Below are positions 16,303 to 25,347 of a DNA stretch of 41,955 bases, piece by piece. The stretch covers positions 1 to 41,955 of IMG/VR virus record IMGVR_UViG_3300043220_000019; one strand, given 5' to 3'. The DNA is from a virus. Lineage: Duplodnaviria > Caudoviricetes. The translations under genes were made by a program, and so were the position numbers. Position 1 is the stretch's first letter. Every line of letters begins with the position of its first letter. The notes beneath the pieces are model-generated. The model did not search any database, had not been told where the DNA came from, and saw nothing but the letters and a program-made list of their open reading frames with translations.

Positions 16303-18475
16303 CGGTCTCCTCCTCGATTACGGCGACTATACGCCCCGCCTCATCCCGCTCTACAGTCTTGCGGACCACAGTCTTGCGGACCACCTTCTTCTGGGCAGCC
16401 CGCGGCAACCGCCTAACCGGGAGAATCGTACAGCGACATCTAGGATGCGCCGCCGGCCCCATGAAGCCGTTGTTGAACGGGCTCCCCACGGCTATCGGCC
16501 CCTGGCCCTCGGCGTCGATGCATGGCCCGGAAGGGTCACCTCCGTCCACGCGCTCGTCCCCGGCCGTCAGCCACTCCTTACCCTCCGTGCCCTGAGACTG
16601 GTAGCTCTTGATGGAGCCGTCTGTCTGCGCATTCGCCGTCTCGGTCCGTGCGATCATCTCCGCCCTAGACTTGCTGAACCCGAAGCCCGACCGCAGGTTC
16701 TTTGTAAGCGCCTGTAGGCTCTCGCCCTGCTCTATCGTCTGCGCCACCAGGCTGTTCACCCATCGCTTCGTGAACTCCACGACGTTGAGCCGCCCGCTCA
16801 GTTGTAGTAATTCAGATCCCCGGCGCCGGGCGAAGCTGGCCGCTAAGTCCGTCGCACCCAGCAGGGGACTCTCCACGAACCCAGCGTCTGCCAGCACGCC
16901 GCCGTAGAGCGTCTCGAACTCGCGTATCACCTCGTCGCCGTACTTCTGCCACCAATCCCAGTCATAGGAGTCCACGTCGCCGGGCTCCAAGGCATGAGCG
17001 TGTCGGGAAATACCAGCTACGGCAAGGCGAGCTTCTGCGACCGCGAAGTGCGTCGCCAGCGCCTCGGCCTCCTTGTTTAGCCTCTGCCGCCAGCCCCGCT
17101 CTATCGCCCCTTCCGATGAATCGACAGACCGCGACCTCGGCTCCTCTATGTATACCCTCTTGCCATTGACCGTTAACGAGGCAGTTAGCGGCTCCTCTCC
17201 CGCGCCTACCGCTTCCTGCAACTGCTGTGGCGTCGTCACGGTCGGTATCGTCCCTAGGGGCACCGTACCTAGCGGCATGAGGGGCACGTCGCCCCATTCC
17301 ACCGGCTCCATACCGTCCCTCTCACGTATTTCGTTGACGAAGGTAACCGCGCCCTTCAGCCGTATCTCGTCCACCTCCGCCCCCTGCTTTCTGTCCCTTT
17401 GTAGAGATTCTATCTCGTCGTACCGCGCTATGAACCGCAACTCTTCGCCGAAATCCGGCCACAGATAGAACTCATTGAACTCGGCCAACGTGTCGTCTAC
17501 TTGGTCAACGATCATCGTCCAGAAGTCCCGATTAGCCTCTGGTGCGTTCTCGTATGTCCGGTTGCCCAACCCTAGAAGCTCAGGCGCGAACTCGAAGACG
17601 CGGGCCACCTCCTCCACGCCCCACTGCTGCTGCACGACGAACTCCATGTCCTTGTGGGGTGGTTTCGTCTCCAACGCCTTCAATCCGCCGCCCAGCACCT
17701 GTGCCCTCGCCACCCGATCCGTCCCCTTGAACTTTCGCTCCAGTTCCTGTTCTATGCGCTCAACCTCCCCTGGCCCGGCATCCTCTGCCGAGAACAGTCG
17801 CCCGATCATTAGGGCGTTGTCAAAGTATTTCAGGTTGAACCGCTGCGCCTCGATGCCGGTGTCGATCTCCGACCGTACAGCGCCGATGGGAGACAGGCCG
17901 TTCAGGGGGTTGCCCGGGTCAACCATGTGGCGGAACCACACGATGTCCTCACGCGCCACCCGCTCCACCTTGCCGATAGATAACCTTCGCTCAAAGAACG
18001 CTGGCACCCACGGCTTGTCCGGGTCGGGGATCGGCCTCACTTGGTCCGGTGGCCATATCTCGAACTCTACCGGCGTCCCCAAGCCGTCCCGCCGTTTCAC
18101 CCAGTAGGCTTTGCCATGTGTCAGCTTGTGCTGCTCGATTAGCCCGAAGCCCTGCCGTTGGGTCAGTGACTCGTTGACTCTCTTGAGAGCGTCTAAGGCG
18201 GGGTGCTCGTCAACCTCTACCTCTTCGCCGCCCTGATCCCTAACCAGCACGATACGCGGCTTCGCTACCGCCCGGGCCCGGCGCCGGATGGCGGCGAACA
18301 CCGCCCCGTAGATCGCCACGATGTCGCTGTTGCTGCGGAACAGCCGCCGCGCCTCCGGTGTCGATAGCGTCTCTGATAGCAGGTCGTTGCGCTCGCCGCC
18401 GTAGTAGTCGATGGAACGCTGCCGACGGAAGGGGTTGATGCGCTGCCAGAAGGTGGGTTTAGTCTCGGTGGTCAT
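16292..18475 (-). CDS. Portal protein fused to MuF-like minor head protein
   Basis: HK97 portal motifs (HGKAYW, GLSPI, NEIRERDGMEPVEWGD) plus C-terminal RAEMIARTET...KEWLTAGDERV...PAAHPRCRC. Confidence 0.92.
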   Translation of the reverse strand: MTTETKPTFWQRINPFRRQRSIDYYGGERNDLLSETLSTPEARRLFRSNSDIVAIYGAVFAAIRRRARAVAKPRIVLVRDQGGEEVEVDEHPALDALKRVNESLTQRQGFGLIEQHKLTHGKAYWVKRRDGLGTPVEFEIWPPDQVRPIPDPDKPWVPAFFERRLSIGKVERVAREDIVWFRHMVDPGNPLNGLSPIGAVRSEIDTGIEAQRFNLKYFDNALMIGRLFSAEDAGPGEVERIEQELERKFKGTDRVARAQVLGGGLKALETKPPHKDMEFVVQQQWGVEEVARVFEFAPELLGLGNRTYENAPEANRDFWTMIVDQVDDTLAEFNEFYLWPDFGEELRFIARYDEIESLQRDRKQGAEVDEIRLKGAVTFVNEIRERDGMEPVEWGDVPLMPLGTVPLGTIPTVTTPQQLQEAVGAGEEPLTASLTVNGKRVYIEEPRSRSVDSSEGAIERGWRQRLNKEAEALATHFAVAEARLAVAGISRHAHALEPGDVDSYDWDWWQKYGDEVIREFETLYGGVLADAGFVESPLLGATDLAASFARRRGSELLQLSGRLNVVEFTKRWVNSLVAQTIEQGESLQALTKNLRSGFGFSKSRAEMIARTETANAQTDGSIKSYQSQGTEGKEWLTAGDERVDGGDPSGPCIDAEGQGPIAVGSPFNNGFMGPAAHPRCRCTILPVRRLPRAAQKKVVRKTVVRKTVERDEAGRIVAVIEEETDGA

Positions 18476-18720
18476 CGCACTCCTGGGTCCTTTGACGCAG
18501 GCGAATCACCACGATAGCGACGCGCCCCCTCAACATTCCGGGCGTGGAGATCCGGTGCAGTCGGGGTAGGATGCAACGGCGTAGGATTGTGACCCCACTT
18601 CCGCCGATGAAACCAGCGGTCCACGAAGCCAGGAGTGAACGGCTCCCAACACTCGGTGCACGTCTCAGCCCCCATGTAATCAGGTGGGCCATAGGGTATC
18701 TCGGGCATAGGCTCAGTCAT
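18472..18720 (-). CDS. Hypothetical protein (CxxC...H...H)
   Basis: RBS GGAGG, then MTEPMPEIP. Coupled to the portal gene. Confidence 0.5.
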   Translation of the reverse strand: MTEPMPEIPYGPPDYMGAETCTECWEPFTPGFVDRWFHRRKWGHNPTPLHPTPTAPDLHARNVEGARRYRGDSPASKDPGVR

Positions 18721-20302
18721 CGCTACCTCCTGTGATCCCCAGCGCACGACGCAGCCGCCACATCAGATACCGCAGCGAGTCGCAGCCGTGGCTAAAGGCG
18801 TGGTTCGCAGGGTCGGGGTCCGGCCTCGGGTCGAACGAGCCATCCGACAACTCCCGCGCCCTGTAGTTGCTCAGGCTTCGTATCGTCTCCTTGCACCTGG
18901 GATTGACGTAGTACCGCCGCAGATCGCTACCGGACAGGATCGCGGCCCGTAGTACGTCCTGGCCCTCTTCAACGTTGTGCTTGACATTCTTAGGTGGCGC
19001 CGCCCCTATGCCGTGCTCCTTTAGTTCAGAGCGCATCTGGACAGCCGAGGGGTCACCGACTGCCGCCGGCCACACCTCCGGCCAGGGCTTCGGCCACGGC
19101 TCCCTGCCATCCCAGATGGCCTCCCACTCCTCTAGGATTGGACCTTCGTAGCCTTTGAGGGCCACCACCATTCGTATGATGTCCCTGACCCACTCTCGCT
19201 CAGACCGGTTATGTCCCACCAGCTCGTTGAACTGATAGAAGGCTCCGTCTCGCTGCTGGACGAAAGCAATATGCGTTGGATCGGTAAACCCCCAATCATA
19301 AGCCAACCAGAGAGGGCCAGCACCTGCAACATAATCTACCTCCTTGATATTCTCCCGTGAGAACGGCGCGTAGATCAGCGCCTTGGCGTCCGGCTTCAGG
19401 CAAAGGTGCTGGGCTTCCCAGGTGTCGATGCCAACCCTGCGGTACATCCCGATAATCTCGTCGCGGGACCGCCAACCGTCAGCCTCCACCGCCCGGCCCT
19501 CGCACCACTGCCACAGCGGACACTCCTCACCGTTACATTCCGGCCGGTCCCCTTGCCCGTCGCAGGGCTCCATCGTCTCGAACACGCACCACTGATAGAC
19601 CCGGGTGCCGGTCTCCTCAGCCTCATCCAGCGCCCTCTGCATCAACCCCAGCGATGTCTGCCGCGTAGAGGTCGCCAGGAACTGCCCCCGCTCCCTAGTG
19701 CCGTTGTAGCGCCTCTCTACAGGCATGGACTTGGCGTTCTCGTAGGGTTGGCGCTTGCCCTGCTCTAGCTCATCGTAGGTCGCTAGGTGGGGATGGCCAC
19801 CCTGAGTCTGCGCCTCCGTGCCGGGCAGGATCTCGATCTTAGAGCCGTTCAGCCACACCGTCTCGCGGATATGCGGGTCCGGCGCCTTCGCCTGCAGCTT
19901 CCGCACGCCCTTATCGTCCTTGTGCCTCAGCCCGTCGCCGTAGTAGGTGTAGCAGCGTTTGGCCTGCGTCTCGATCGCCCCGATATGCGACACCTCGAAC
20001 CCCGGCTTGTGGTGGTTGTTCGCCAAGTGTAGAGCGGCCACATCGAACGTCTTGCCGCCGGCGCGGTTCGCCAGGGCTAGCCCCTCTGATACCTCGTTGA
20101 AGAAGAATTCCGACACCAGATCGAGCGGCGCGTCGTGGCCAGGGCAGACCTCTTTGGCCGGGATGTGATGCCCCGTGGCGGCCTTGATCCAAGCGTTCAG
20201 CGCGTCGCCGTCCTTGGGGTAGACGTCGAACGGGTCGGCGTGGCGCGTCTTTATGCGGAGCGCCGCTCGCTGGGCCATCGTGGTTTCAGGCGCTAGGGTC
20301 AC
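18713..20302 (-). CDS. Terminase large subunit
   Basis: Walker A ANRAGGKT, Walker B ATYDE, nuclease motifs YDWGFTDP, VGDPSA and HGCDSLRY. Confidence 0.93.
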   Translation of the reverse strand: MTLAPETTMAQRAALRIKTRHADPFDVYPKDGDALNAWIKAATGHHIPAKEVCPGHDAPLDLVSEFFFNEVSEGLALANRAGGKTFDVAALHLANNHHKPGFEVSHIGAIETQAKRCYTYYGDGLRHKDDKGVRKLQAKAPDPHIRETVWLNGSKIEILPGTEAQTQGGHPHLATYDELEQGKRQPYENAKSMPVERRYNGTRERGQFLATSTRQTSLGLMQRALDEAEETGTRVYQWCVFETMEPCDGQGDRPECNGEECPLWQWCEGRAVEADGWRSRDEIIGMYRRVGIDTWEAQHLCLKPDAKALIYAPFSRENIKEVDYVAGAGPLWLAYDWGFTDPTHIAFVQQRDGAFYQFNELVGHNRSEREWVRDIIRMVVALKGYEGPILEEWEAIWDGREPWPKPWPEVWPAAVGDPSAVQMRSELKEHGIGAAPPKNVKHNVEEGQDVLRAAILSGSDLRRYYVNPRCKETIRSLSNYRARELSDGSFDPRPDPDPANHAFSHGCDSLRYLMWRLRRALGITGGSDD

Positions 20303-20411
20303 TTGGCAGCCCACTTGTCGTATTCGGCATCAATCCATCTACGGAAGCGGCGGTGGCGCCGACAATGCAGCCGATGAAACCAGCTCCACCGATACCACTT
20401 CGCCAAGCCCA

Positions 20412-20846
20412 TCACGCGACCCCCTTCGCTATACGCTCAGCCTCCGCCACGACCTCCTCCACGGGTAGGTCGTTCTCCTTCGCTATGCGCTCAGCCTCGG
20501 ACCGCAGCGCCGAGTAGTTGATCTTGACCTCGTAGCGATCGCGGTACACCTCTGGCCGGTGCGCCTTTAGGAGGAATATCAGCAGTGTGTCCGATATGCT
20601 CATGGCCCGTTGCCGTGCCGCCGCCTCCAGCACTTCGATCCCGTCCTCGATCGCGTCGGCCCACTGCTTGCGGAACGCCTTGTCCTTGTCGCGGTAGTCG
20701 TAGGCCGCCTGCCTGCTGATGCCCGCTGCCTGGCAGGAGGCCCGGACGTTACAGGTATCCCGTAGCACCGACAGGAACGCCGGCGCCCACTCGTAGTCGG
20801 GTCTGTCCTTTTTACGTGTCAAGTTGCGCCTCCAACGGTTTTCCAC
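20412..20846 (-). CDS. Terminase small subunit-like HTH protein
   Basis: FLSVLRDTCNVRASCQAAGISRQAAY...SDTLLIFLLKAHRPEVYR, just upstream of the large subunit. Confidence 0.8.
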   Translation of the reverse strand: MENRWRRNLTRKKDRPDYEWAPAFLSVLRDTCNVRASCQAAGISRQAAYDYRDKDKAFRKQWADAIEDGIEVLEAAARQRAMSISDTLLIFLLKAHRPEVYRDRYEVKINYSALRSEAERIAKENDLPVEEVVAEAERIAKGVA

Positions 20847-21322
20847 GTCCGACCAGCCAAAACGTGTTGCACGGCACCACGCGAGACGCCGATATCTCTA
20901 GCAATAATCCGTTGTGATCGTCCTTCCTGTGTCAACGCACGGATTAGGGCAACGCGCTCATTATTCAGCACCGCCCGAACATGAGCCTCCCCACGAGGCC
21001 TGCGCTCGGGATAGAGGCGCGAACCGTTGCGCTCCCCAAGCGCCGCTCGTCCTTTCGCATCACGATCCGCTATATTATCTGCGTTGGTGCCGATAAATAG
21101 ATGAACTGGATTCAAGCACGGCGGATTGTCGCAATGATGGCAGACAAGAAAGCCATCAGGAATCGGGCCGATTGCCTGCTCGTATGCCCAACGGTGCGCT
21201 CGTCTCATGCCGTCCGGCGTTCTCACGAGGCCGTAACCATCGGTATCACGAGCACCTTGCCATTCCATACAATCGCCAACCCTCAACACGTTGTCTTGTA
21301 GCTTAGCTGGTAGCATGTTCAA
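20819..21322 (-). CDS. HNH endonuclease with C-terminal HTH
   Basis: CMEWQG...GYG...RAHR...VCHHCDNPPCLNPVHLFIGTNADN. Confidence 0.9.
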   Translation of the reverse strand: MNMLPAKLQDNVLRVGDCMEWQGARDTDGYGLVRTPDGMRRAHRWAYEQAIGPIPDGFLVCHHCDNPPCLNPVHLFIGTNADNIADRDAKGRAALGERNGSRLYPERRPRGEAHVRAVLNNERVALIRALTQEGRSQRIIARDIGVSRGAVQHVLAGRTWKTVGGAT

Positions 21323-22529
21323 GCACTGCCTTCCGACCCGTAAACTCTTCCCATCGTCGAACTGCTACATCAACATAGCGGCCTTCGATTTCCATGCCGT
21401 AGCATCGGCGCCCTAGGCGCTCGGCGGCGATCATGGTGGTGCCGGAGCCAAGGAAGGGGTCGATCACGAGATCGTTCGTCTTGCTGCTGTTCGTAATCGC
21501 TCGTTCACAGAGCGCGACTGGTTTCATCGTTGGGTGATCATTCGAGGCCGCAGGCTTGTCAGCTTCCCAGATCGAGCTTTCGCTTCGCGAACCCGCCCAA
21601 CTCGTCGAGCCCTTCCAACCGTAGGCGATCGGCTCGTGCTGATAGTGGTAATGAGACCGACCAATACTGAAGTGGTGCTTGGCCCACACCAACCATTGCC
21701 GTGGAGGAATCCCTGCCGATTCCAGGGCTCCCAAGAGCCGAGCGCCCAACGGGCCGGGCGGCGCGAAGACGTAAGCATCTCCTTTAAGAGGCCAAGCAGT
21801 AAATGCGACCGTCCAGAAGGTGACCTGATCATCTCCGAGATCGTCGTTAGCGATCGGTATGTCGGGCCGATTCCTGTTGCCCCATTTAGGGTTGCCACCG
21901 CCAGCGCCCTCATACCCGACGCCATAGGGTGGGTCGGTCACCATCAGCCGCGCCTTCTCCCCCGCCATCAGCCGCGCCACGTCGCCTGCGTCCGTCGAGT
22001 CCCCGCACATCACCCGGTGATCGCCGCACATCCACACATCGCCCCTCTTCGACACCGCCTCCGCTTTCGGTACGGCATCGGGGTCGGTCAGCCCCTCCTG
22101 CGCACCGTTCAAGCCAGCACCTCGCGCTACGTCCTCCAGCAGCGCCGTCACCGCGTCGCTCCCAGGTTGCACGTCTGCTAGCAACGACTCCAGCGCGTCC
22201 TTCGCCGTCGCCGCCATGCCCGCCAAAGGGTCCAGCGTCGCCAGCACCAGCGCCTCCTCCTCCGGGGTGAGCTCGACATACTTGACCGGGATCTTCGGCT
22301 CCTGCCGGCTGATCGCCAGTGATACCCGCAGGTGCCCGTCAACGACGTGGCCGGTGATCTTGTTGACGATGACCTCCTGCACCCACCCCACCTCGTCTAA
22401 CACGCCGCTGAGCGCGTCTTGCTGCGCCTTTGGATGTATCCGCCAGTTCTTCGGGTTAGCTAGAAGCTGGTCCGGCGCCTCGTCCCCGTGGCCAACGATG
22501 CGGTTACGCCAAGCAGTTGCTGCCATCAT
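21303..22529 (-). CDS. ParB-like N-terminal domain fused to N6A/N4C DNA methyltransferase (beta class)
   Basis: NPKNWRIH...VVDGHLR (ParB-like), then TDPPY, HPTMKPV and DPFLGSGTT. Confidence 0.92.
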   Translation of the reverse strand: MMAATAWRNRIVGHGDEAPDQLLANPKNWRIHPKAQQDALSGVLDEVGWVQEVIVNKITGHVVDGHLRVSLAISRQEPKIPVKYVELTPEEEALVLATLDPLAGMAATAKDALESLLADVQPGSDAVTALLEDVARGAGLNGAQEGLTDPDAVPKAEAVSKRGDVWMCGDHRVMCGDSTDAGDVARLMAGEKARLMVTDPPYGVGYEGAGGGNPKWGNRNRPDIPIANDDLGDDQVTFWTVAFTAWPLKGDAYVFAPPGPLGARLLGALESAGIPPRQWLVWAKHHFSIGRSHYHYQHEPIAYGWKGSTSWAGSRSESSIWEADKPAASNDHPTMKPVALCERAITNSSKTNDLVIDPFLGSGTTMIAAERLGRRCYGMEIEGRYVDVAVRRWEEFTGRKAVLEHATS

Positions 22530-22623
22530 CGCCTCCGGTAGCGCCGCAACTGCGTCCAGTGGCGCAGCTTCCGCCGCAGCCGCTTACGCCGCTGGTGCCG
22601 GTGTGCTCCCACCACTCCGCAGC

Positions 22624-22890
22624 TCACTTGAATAACTCCGCAATAGAGTCACGGATACCCAGCACAAACAGCGGGGCCATGAACAGGAGAACCGTAGCGC
22701 CTCCCTTTATCATCAACCACGCCTTTTCCAGCGCTCCAATACGCTTCTCAACGACTGCATGGACGGAGTCGTTTGGCTCAACGTGAGCCCTGAACTCATC
22801 CTTTATCTCCCCAACGTCCTCCTGCATCGCAGCCGTTCGCTCCTCTAGCTTTCCCAGCACAGCAGCGATAGTCGAGAGCGGGTCATCCAT
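22624..22890 (-). CDS. Coiled-coil protein with C-terminal membrane anchor (lysis cassette)
   Basis: Heptad-like N-terminus and one hydrophobic helix, next to the holin-like gene. Confidence 0.6.
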   Translation of the reverse strand: MDDPLSTIAAVLGKLEERTAAMQEDVGEIKDEFRAHVEPNDSVHAVVEKRIGALEKAWLMIKGGATVLLFMAPLFVLGIRDSIAELFK

Positions 22891-23103
22891 TTACCGCCCC
22901 CTCAGGGCGTCGTACAGACCCCACGCAGCCACGGCGACGAACGTGATGGGGATGGTCAGGATCGCCAGCTCCTCGACTGTCAGCCACTCCCAGCGGACAA
23001 CCGAGAACGCCACGACCGCCTGCACCGCCGCGACCCAGCCTGCTCTCGTCAGGCCGTCAGTGACCGGGTTGCCCGTTACACCCGTGACCCTATCCATGCT
23101 CAT
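22891..23103 (-). CDS. Putative holin
   Basis: 70 aa with two hydrophobic helices, downstream of the endolysin. Confidence 0.65.
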   Translation of the reverse strand: MSMDRVTGVTGNPVTDGLTRAGWVAAVQAVVAFSVVRWEWLTVEELAILTIPITFVAVAAWGLYDALRGR

Positions 23104-23223
23104 CGTCGCCTCCGTTTCTTCTCCGGCTTCCAGTATGCCATCTTCGCTAAGAACGCCACTCCACCGAACGCTGCAACGCCCGCAAAGGCAAAGCCGATGA
23201 TGGTGACGATCTCGGTCTCCCCA

Positions 23224-23361
23224 TCACTTCAGCTCCACTGTGTCCCCAAACAACTCTTTCTTAACCTCAGCCCAAGGCCGGACGCGTCCCTCTTTAACGT
23301 CCTTCACTCCTTCACGTATGCCTCGCAGGAGCTCAGATAGGGATTTCAGTGCTCCCTCCAT
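23224..23361 (-). CDS. 45-aa antitoxin-like peptide
   Basis: TAATG coupling to the endolysin stop. MEGALKSLSELLRGIREGVKDVKEGRVRPWAEVKKELFGDTVELK. Confidence 0.5.
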   Translation of the reverse strand: MEGALKSLSELLRGIREGVKDVKEGRVRPWAEVKKELFGDTVELK

Positions 23362-24161
23362 TACAGCTTGTCCTTGACAGCCTTCACGGCCTGCTCATCG
23401 GTGTACTCTGAACCCCCGCCGTGGGGTGTGGCCTCGTGAGCGGTGACGGCGCGGTCGCTCGCCTGCTGTATAAGATTGAACTGGTGCTGGTTAAATCCAT
23501 CTTGGTTCTCGCGGTTGACCTTCACCGCGAATTCCGCCTCTTGCTTGGCTATCTTTCGTACCTCTGCTTCGTCCATCTCGTCCTCCATCTCCACTTTCAC
23601 GTCCGCGATGAATCGCGCTTCGTCAAATTGGTCGCCCGGGTCTGTCTTGCCCAGCTTGATTCCGTTCTCACAGCGGTCATGGCGCACGATGCCAGTAGGG
23701 ACAGCGCCCGTCTGACGGGAAATCGAGATCATCACCGGCGGGATGCCGTACCGCTTGCAGTCCACCGCGATCTCTTGCACCAGGCGATCATAGATCGCGT
23801 CGCTGAACGGCTCTTGGGCCGGTGACTGCGCCAACTCGTAGGAGATGGCGTACTCGTCTATCGCGTAGGTGGACCCGGCCCCGCCATAACCTGCTGAATA
23901 CGTCGGCATCTGGTTATCGTCCAGAACCGTGCCCAGCGAGCCGTCAGTGCCGATGACGTGAGAGAAGGACGATCCCCATGCGGGATTACCACTGGCATCC
24001 CTGCCCCCAACGTTGTTAGGCGACTGCACCCAGTTGAGCGCCGCCTGCATCTGCTTCGCCGGCGGCGTGTTGCCCCGGGTAGCGTGGATCTCGATCATCC
24101 GGATGGGCTTGCTGCGCGGCTGCCAGAGCCAGCGCTGCGGCGTTACACGTATATCGCTCAC
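23361..24161 (-). CDS. Endolysin, N-acetylmuramoyl-L-alanine amidase (Amidase_2 type)
   Basis: IEIHAT, SHVIG, ISYELAQ, RHD and KTDPG zinc-amidase motifs. Confidence 0.88.
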   Translation of the reverse strand: MSDIRVTPQRWLWQPRSKPIRMIEIHATRGNTPPAKQMQAALNWVQSPNNVGGRDASGNPAWGSSFSHVIGTDGSLGTVLDDNQMPTYSAGYGGAGSTYAIDEYAISYELAQSPAQEPFSDAIYDRLVQEIAVDCKRYGIPPVMISISRQTGAVPTGIVRHDRCENGIKLGKTDPGDQFDEARFIADVKVEMEDEMDEAEVRKIAKQEAEFAVKVNRENQDGFNQHQFNLIQQASDRAVTAHEATPHGGGSEYTDEQAVKAVKDKL

Positions 24162-24189
24162 GGCTCACCCCCAGGGGCGCAGAGGGGAG

Positions 24190-24360
24190 TCACCAGTTGT
24201 TCCATTTCCGCGCATGTTCGCGGAACAACGCCAACTGCTCCGGTGTTGGTCTCGACTCCCCATCGTGCCAGTTCATCACCTCGAACACCTTCGCCCCATT
24301 AGGGAAGCCACTAACTGTTGTGTGTGCCGTTTCCAAGCCCTGCGATCGCTTCTTGCTCAC
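24190..24360 (-). CDS. Hypothetical protein (56 aa)
   Basis: GTGA-coupled ORF MSKKRSQGLE...RKWNNW that fills the gap. Confidence 0.4.
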   Translation of the reverse strand: MSKKRSQGLETAHTTVSGFPNGAKVFEVMNWHDGESRPTPEQLALFREHARKWNNW

Positions 24361-24572
24361 CGCCTACTCCTCACTACCCGCTCAGCCTCAGCCACCAAGG
24401 GCTCAGCCTTGTAACACTCTGGGATGTCAGGGAGCGGCGCGTACCAGTCGTGGATGCCGGCGTCCGCCTGCCTGCCGGCGGGCAGGGTCGGTTTGCCCCG
24501 TGTCACATCGGACACTGACCCATCGACAGGGAACAGGAAGTCTATCCACATTTCCAGCCAGCATTTCATCAT
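24357..24572 (-). CDS. Hypothetical protein
   Basis: 71 aa ORF directly after the terminator. Confidence 0.4.
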   Translation of the reverse strand: MMKCWLEMWIDFLFPVDGSVSDVTRGKPTLPAGRQADAGIHDWYAPLPDIPECYKAEPLVAEAERVVRSRR

Positions 24573-24574
24573 GC

Positions 24575-24620
24575 AAAGAAAAAGACCCGACTCTCCTTTC
24601 GGGCCATTGGAGATCGGGCC
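24575..24620 (-). terminator. Intrinsic terminator between middle and late genes
   Basis: GGCCCGA-TCTCC...GGAGA-G-TCGGGTC stem followed by TTTTTCTTT. Confidence 0.75.
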
Positions 24621-24651
24621 GTTGGCGACGGGGCTAACCGCCGACTTTTAT

Positions 24652-24900
24652 TCAGCTCGGGATCGGATTACCTAGTCGCCCACTCTTCACCTCATCGGAT
24701 GCTTTATCTGCCGCCATCTTAGGCTCCACCACCTCAATTGTCAATGCGTGTTCACCGTCTCGCCTTACGCTGTAGAGACGGCGGCAGTTCGGGCACCGGA
24801 CTCGCTTGAACGGCACCGACAGCTCGCCGGGCAGTTGGTAGCCGTCGAAGTTGCACCACCAGCGGCGGGGCTCAGTCACTCGCTCTCCCACGACGTTCAC
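24652..24900 (-). CDS. Zinc-ribbon protein, Com-like
   Basis: WWCNFD...RVRCPNCRRLYSV. The stop codon overlaps the GAATAAA leader motif. Confidence 0.55.
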   Translation of the reverse strand: MNVVGERVTEPRRWWCNFDGYQLPGELSVPFKRVRCPNCRRLYSVRRDGEHALTIEVVEPKMAADKASDEVKSGRLGNPIPS

Positions 24901-25108
24901 GCATTAGCCCCTCAATGAAGCCGATGATGTCTCTCAAGCACCCGTTGTTCCACACAACACCAGACTGCGTTTCCATGACATACTGCCGCCACGGCCCGTA
25001 CCACTTGATGACGCCAAGTTGATCCCCGTGATTGCGCGAATCGACGCTGTAAACCTGCGTCTTGCCCGTGTCGCGGGTTAGCCGGAAATCCAGATACTTG
25101 CTAGCCAT
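24872..25108 (-). CDS. Conserved phage hypothetical protein
   Basis: GKTQVY...LGVIKWYGPWRQY...CLRDI pattern. Confidence 0.65.
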   Translation of the reverse strand: MASKYLDFRLTRDTGKTQVYSVDSRNHGDQLGVIKWYGPWRQYVMETQSGVVWNNGCLRDIIGFIEGLMRERRGRASD

Positions 25109-25128
25109 TCGCCGTCTCCTTTTCGCGC

Positions 25129-25347
25129 CTAGCGCTCACGTGATGGGCTCGCCCCAAACAGAGTGAGATCAGTTCGTGCCCTGTGCCACGGGCGCATCCT
25201 CGATAGGAGGGCCTCGGTGTGTTTGCAGCTACCATCCTTGCGGTAGTGGCGCTTCCGGCCAAAGCAGACAAGACTATGCCGCACGCGAGCGCCGCGACCA
25301 TCGGAGAACAAGACGATCATCTCTTTCCGGTCGCCGAGCAAAATCAC
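25129..25347 (-). CDS. Hypothetical protein
   Basis: 72 aa coupled ORF; an alternative frame (25101-25301) exists. Confidence 0.4.
   Translation of the reverse strand: MILLGDRKEMIVLFSDGRGARVRHSLVCFGRKRHYRKDGSCKHTEALLSRMRPWHRARTDLTLFGASPSRER

Noticed and set aside
20819-21322. HNH as part of an intron or novel system
   Set aside because: It is a free-standing HNH next to the terminase genes, which is common, and the flanking genes are not split.
22500-22627. Cys/Gly-rich RiPP-like peptide (SCGVVEHTGTSGVSGCGGSC...)
   Set aside because: No modifying enzymes nearby, and an alternative Arg-rich frame coupled to the methyltransferase start is equally plausible.
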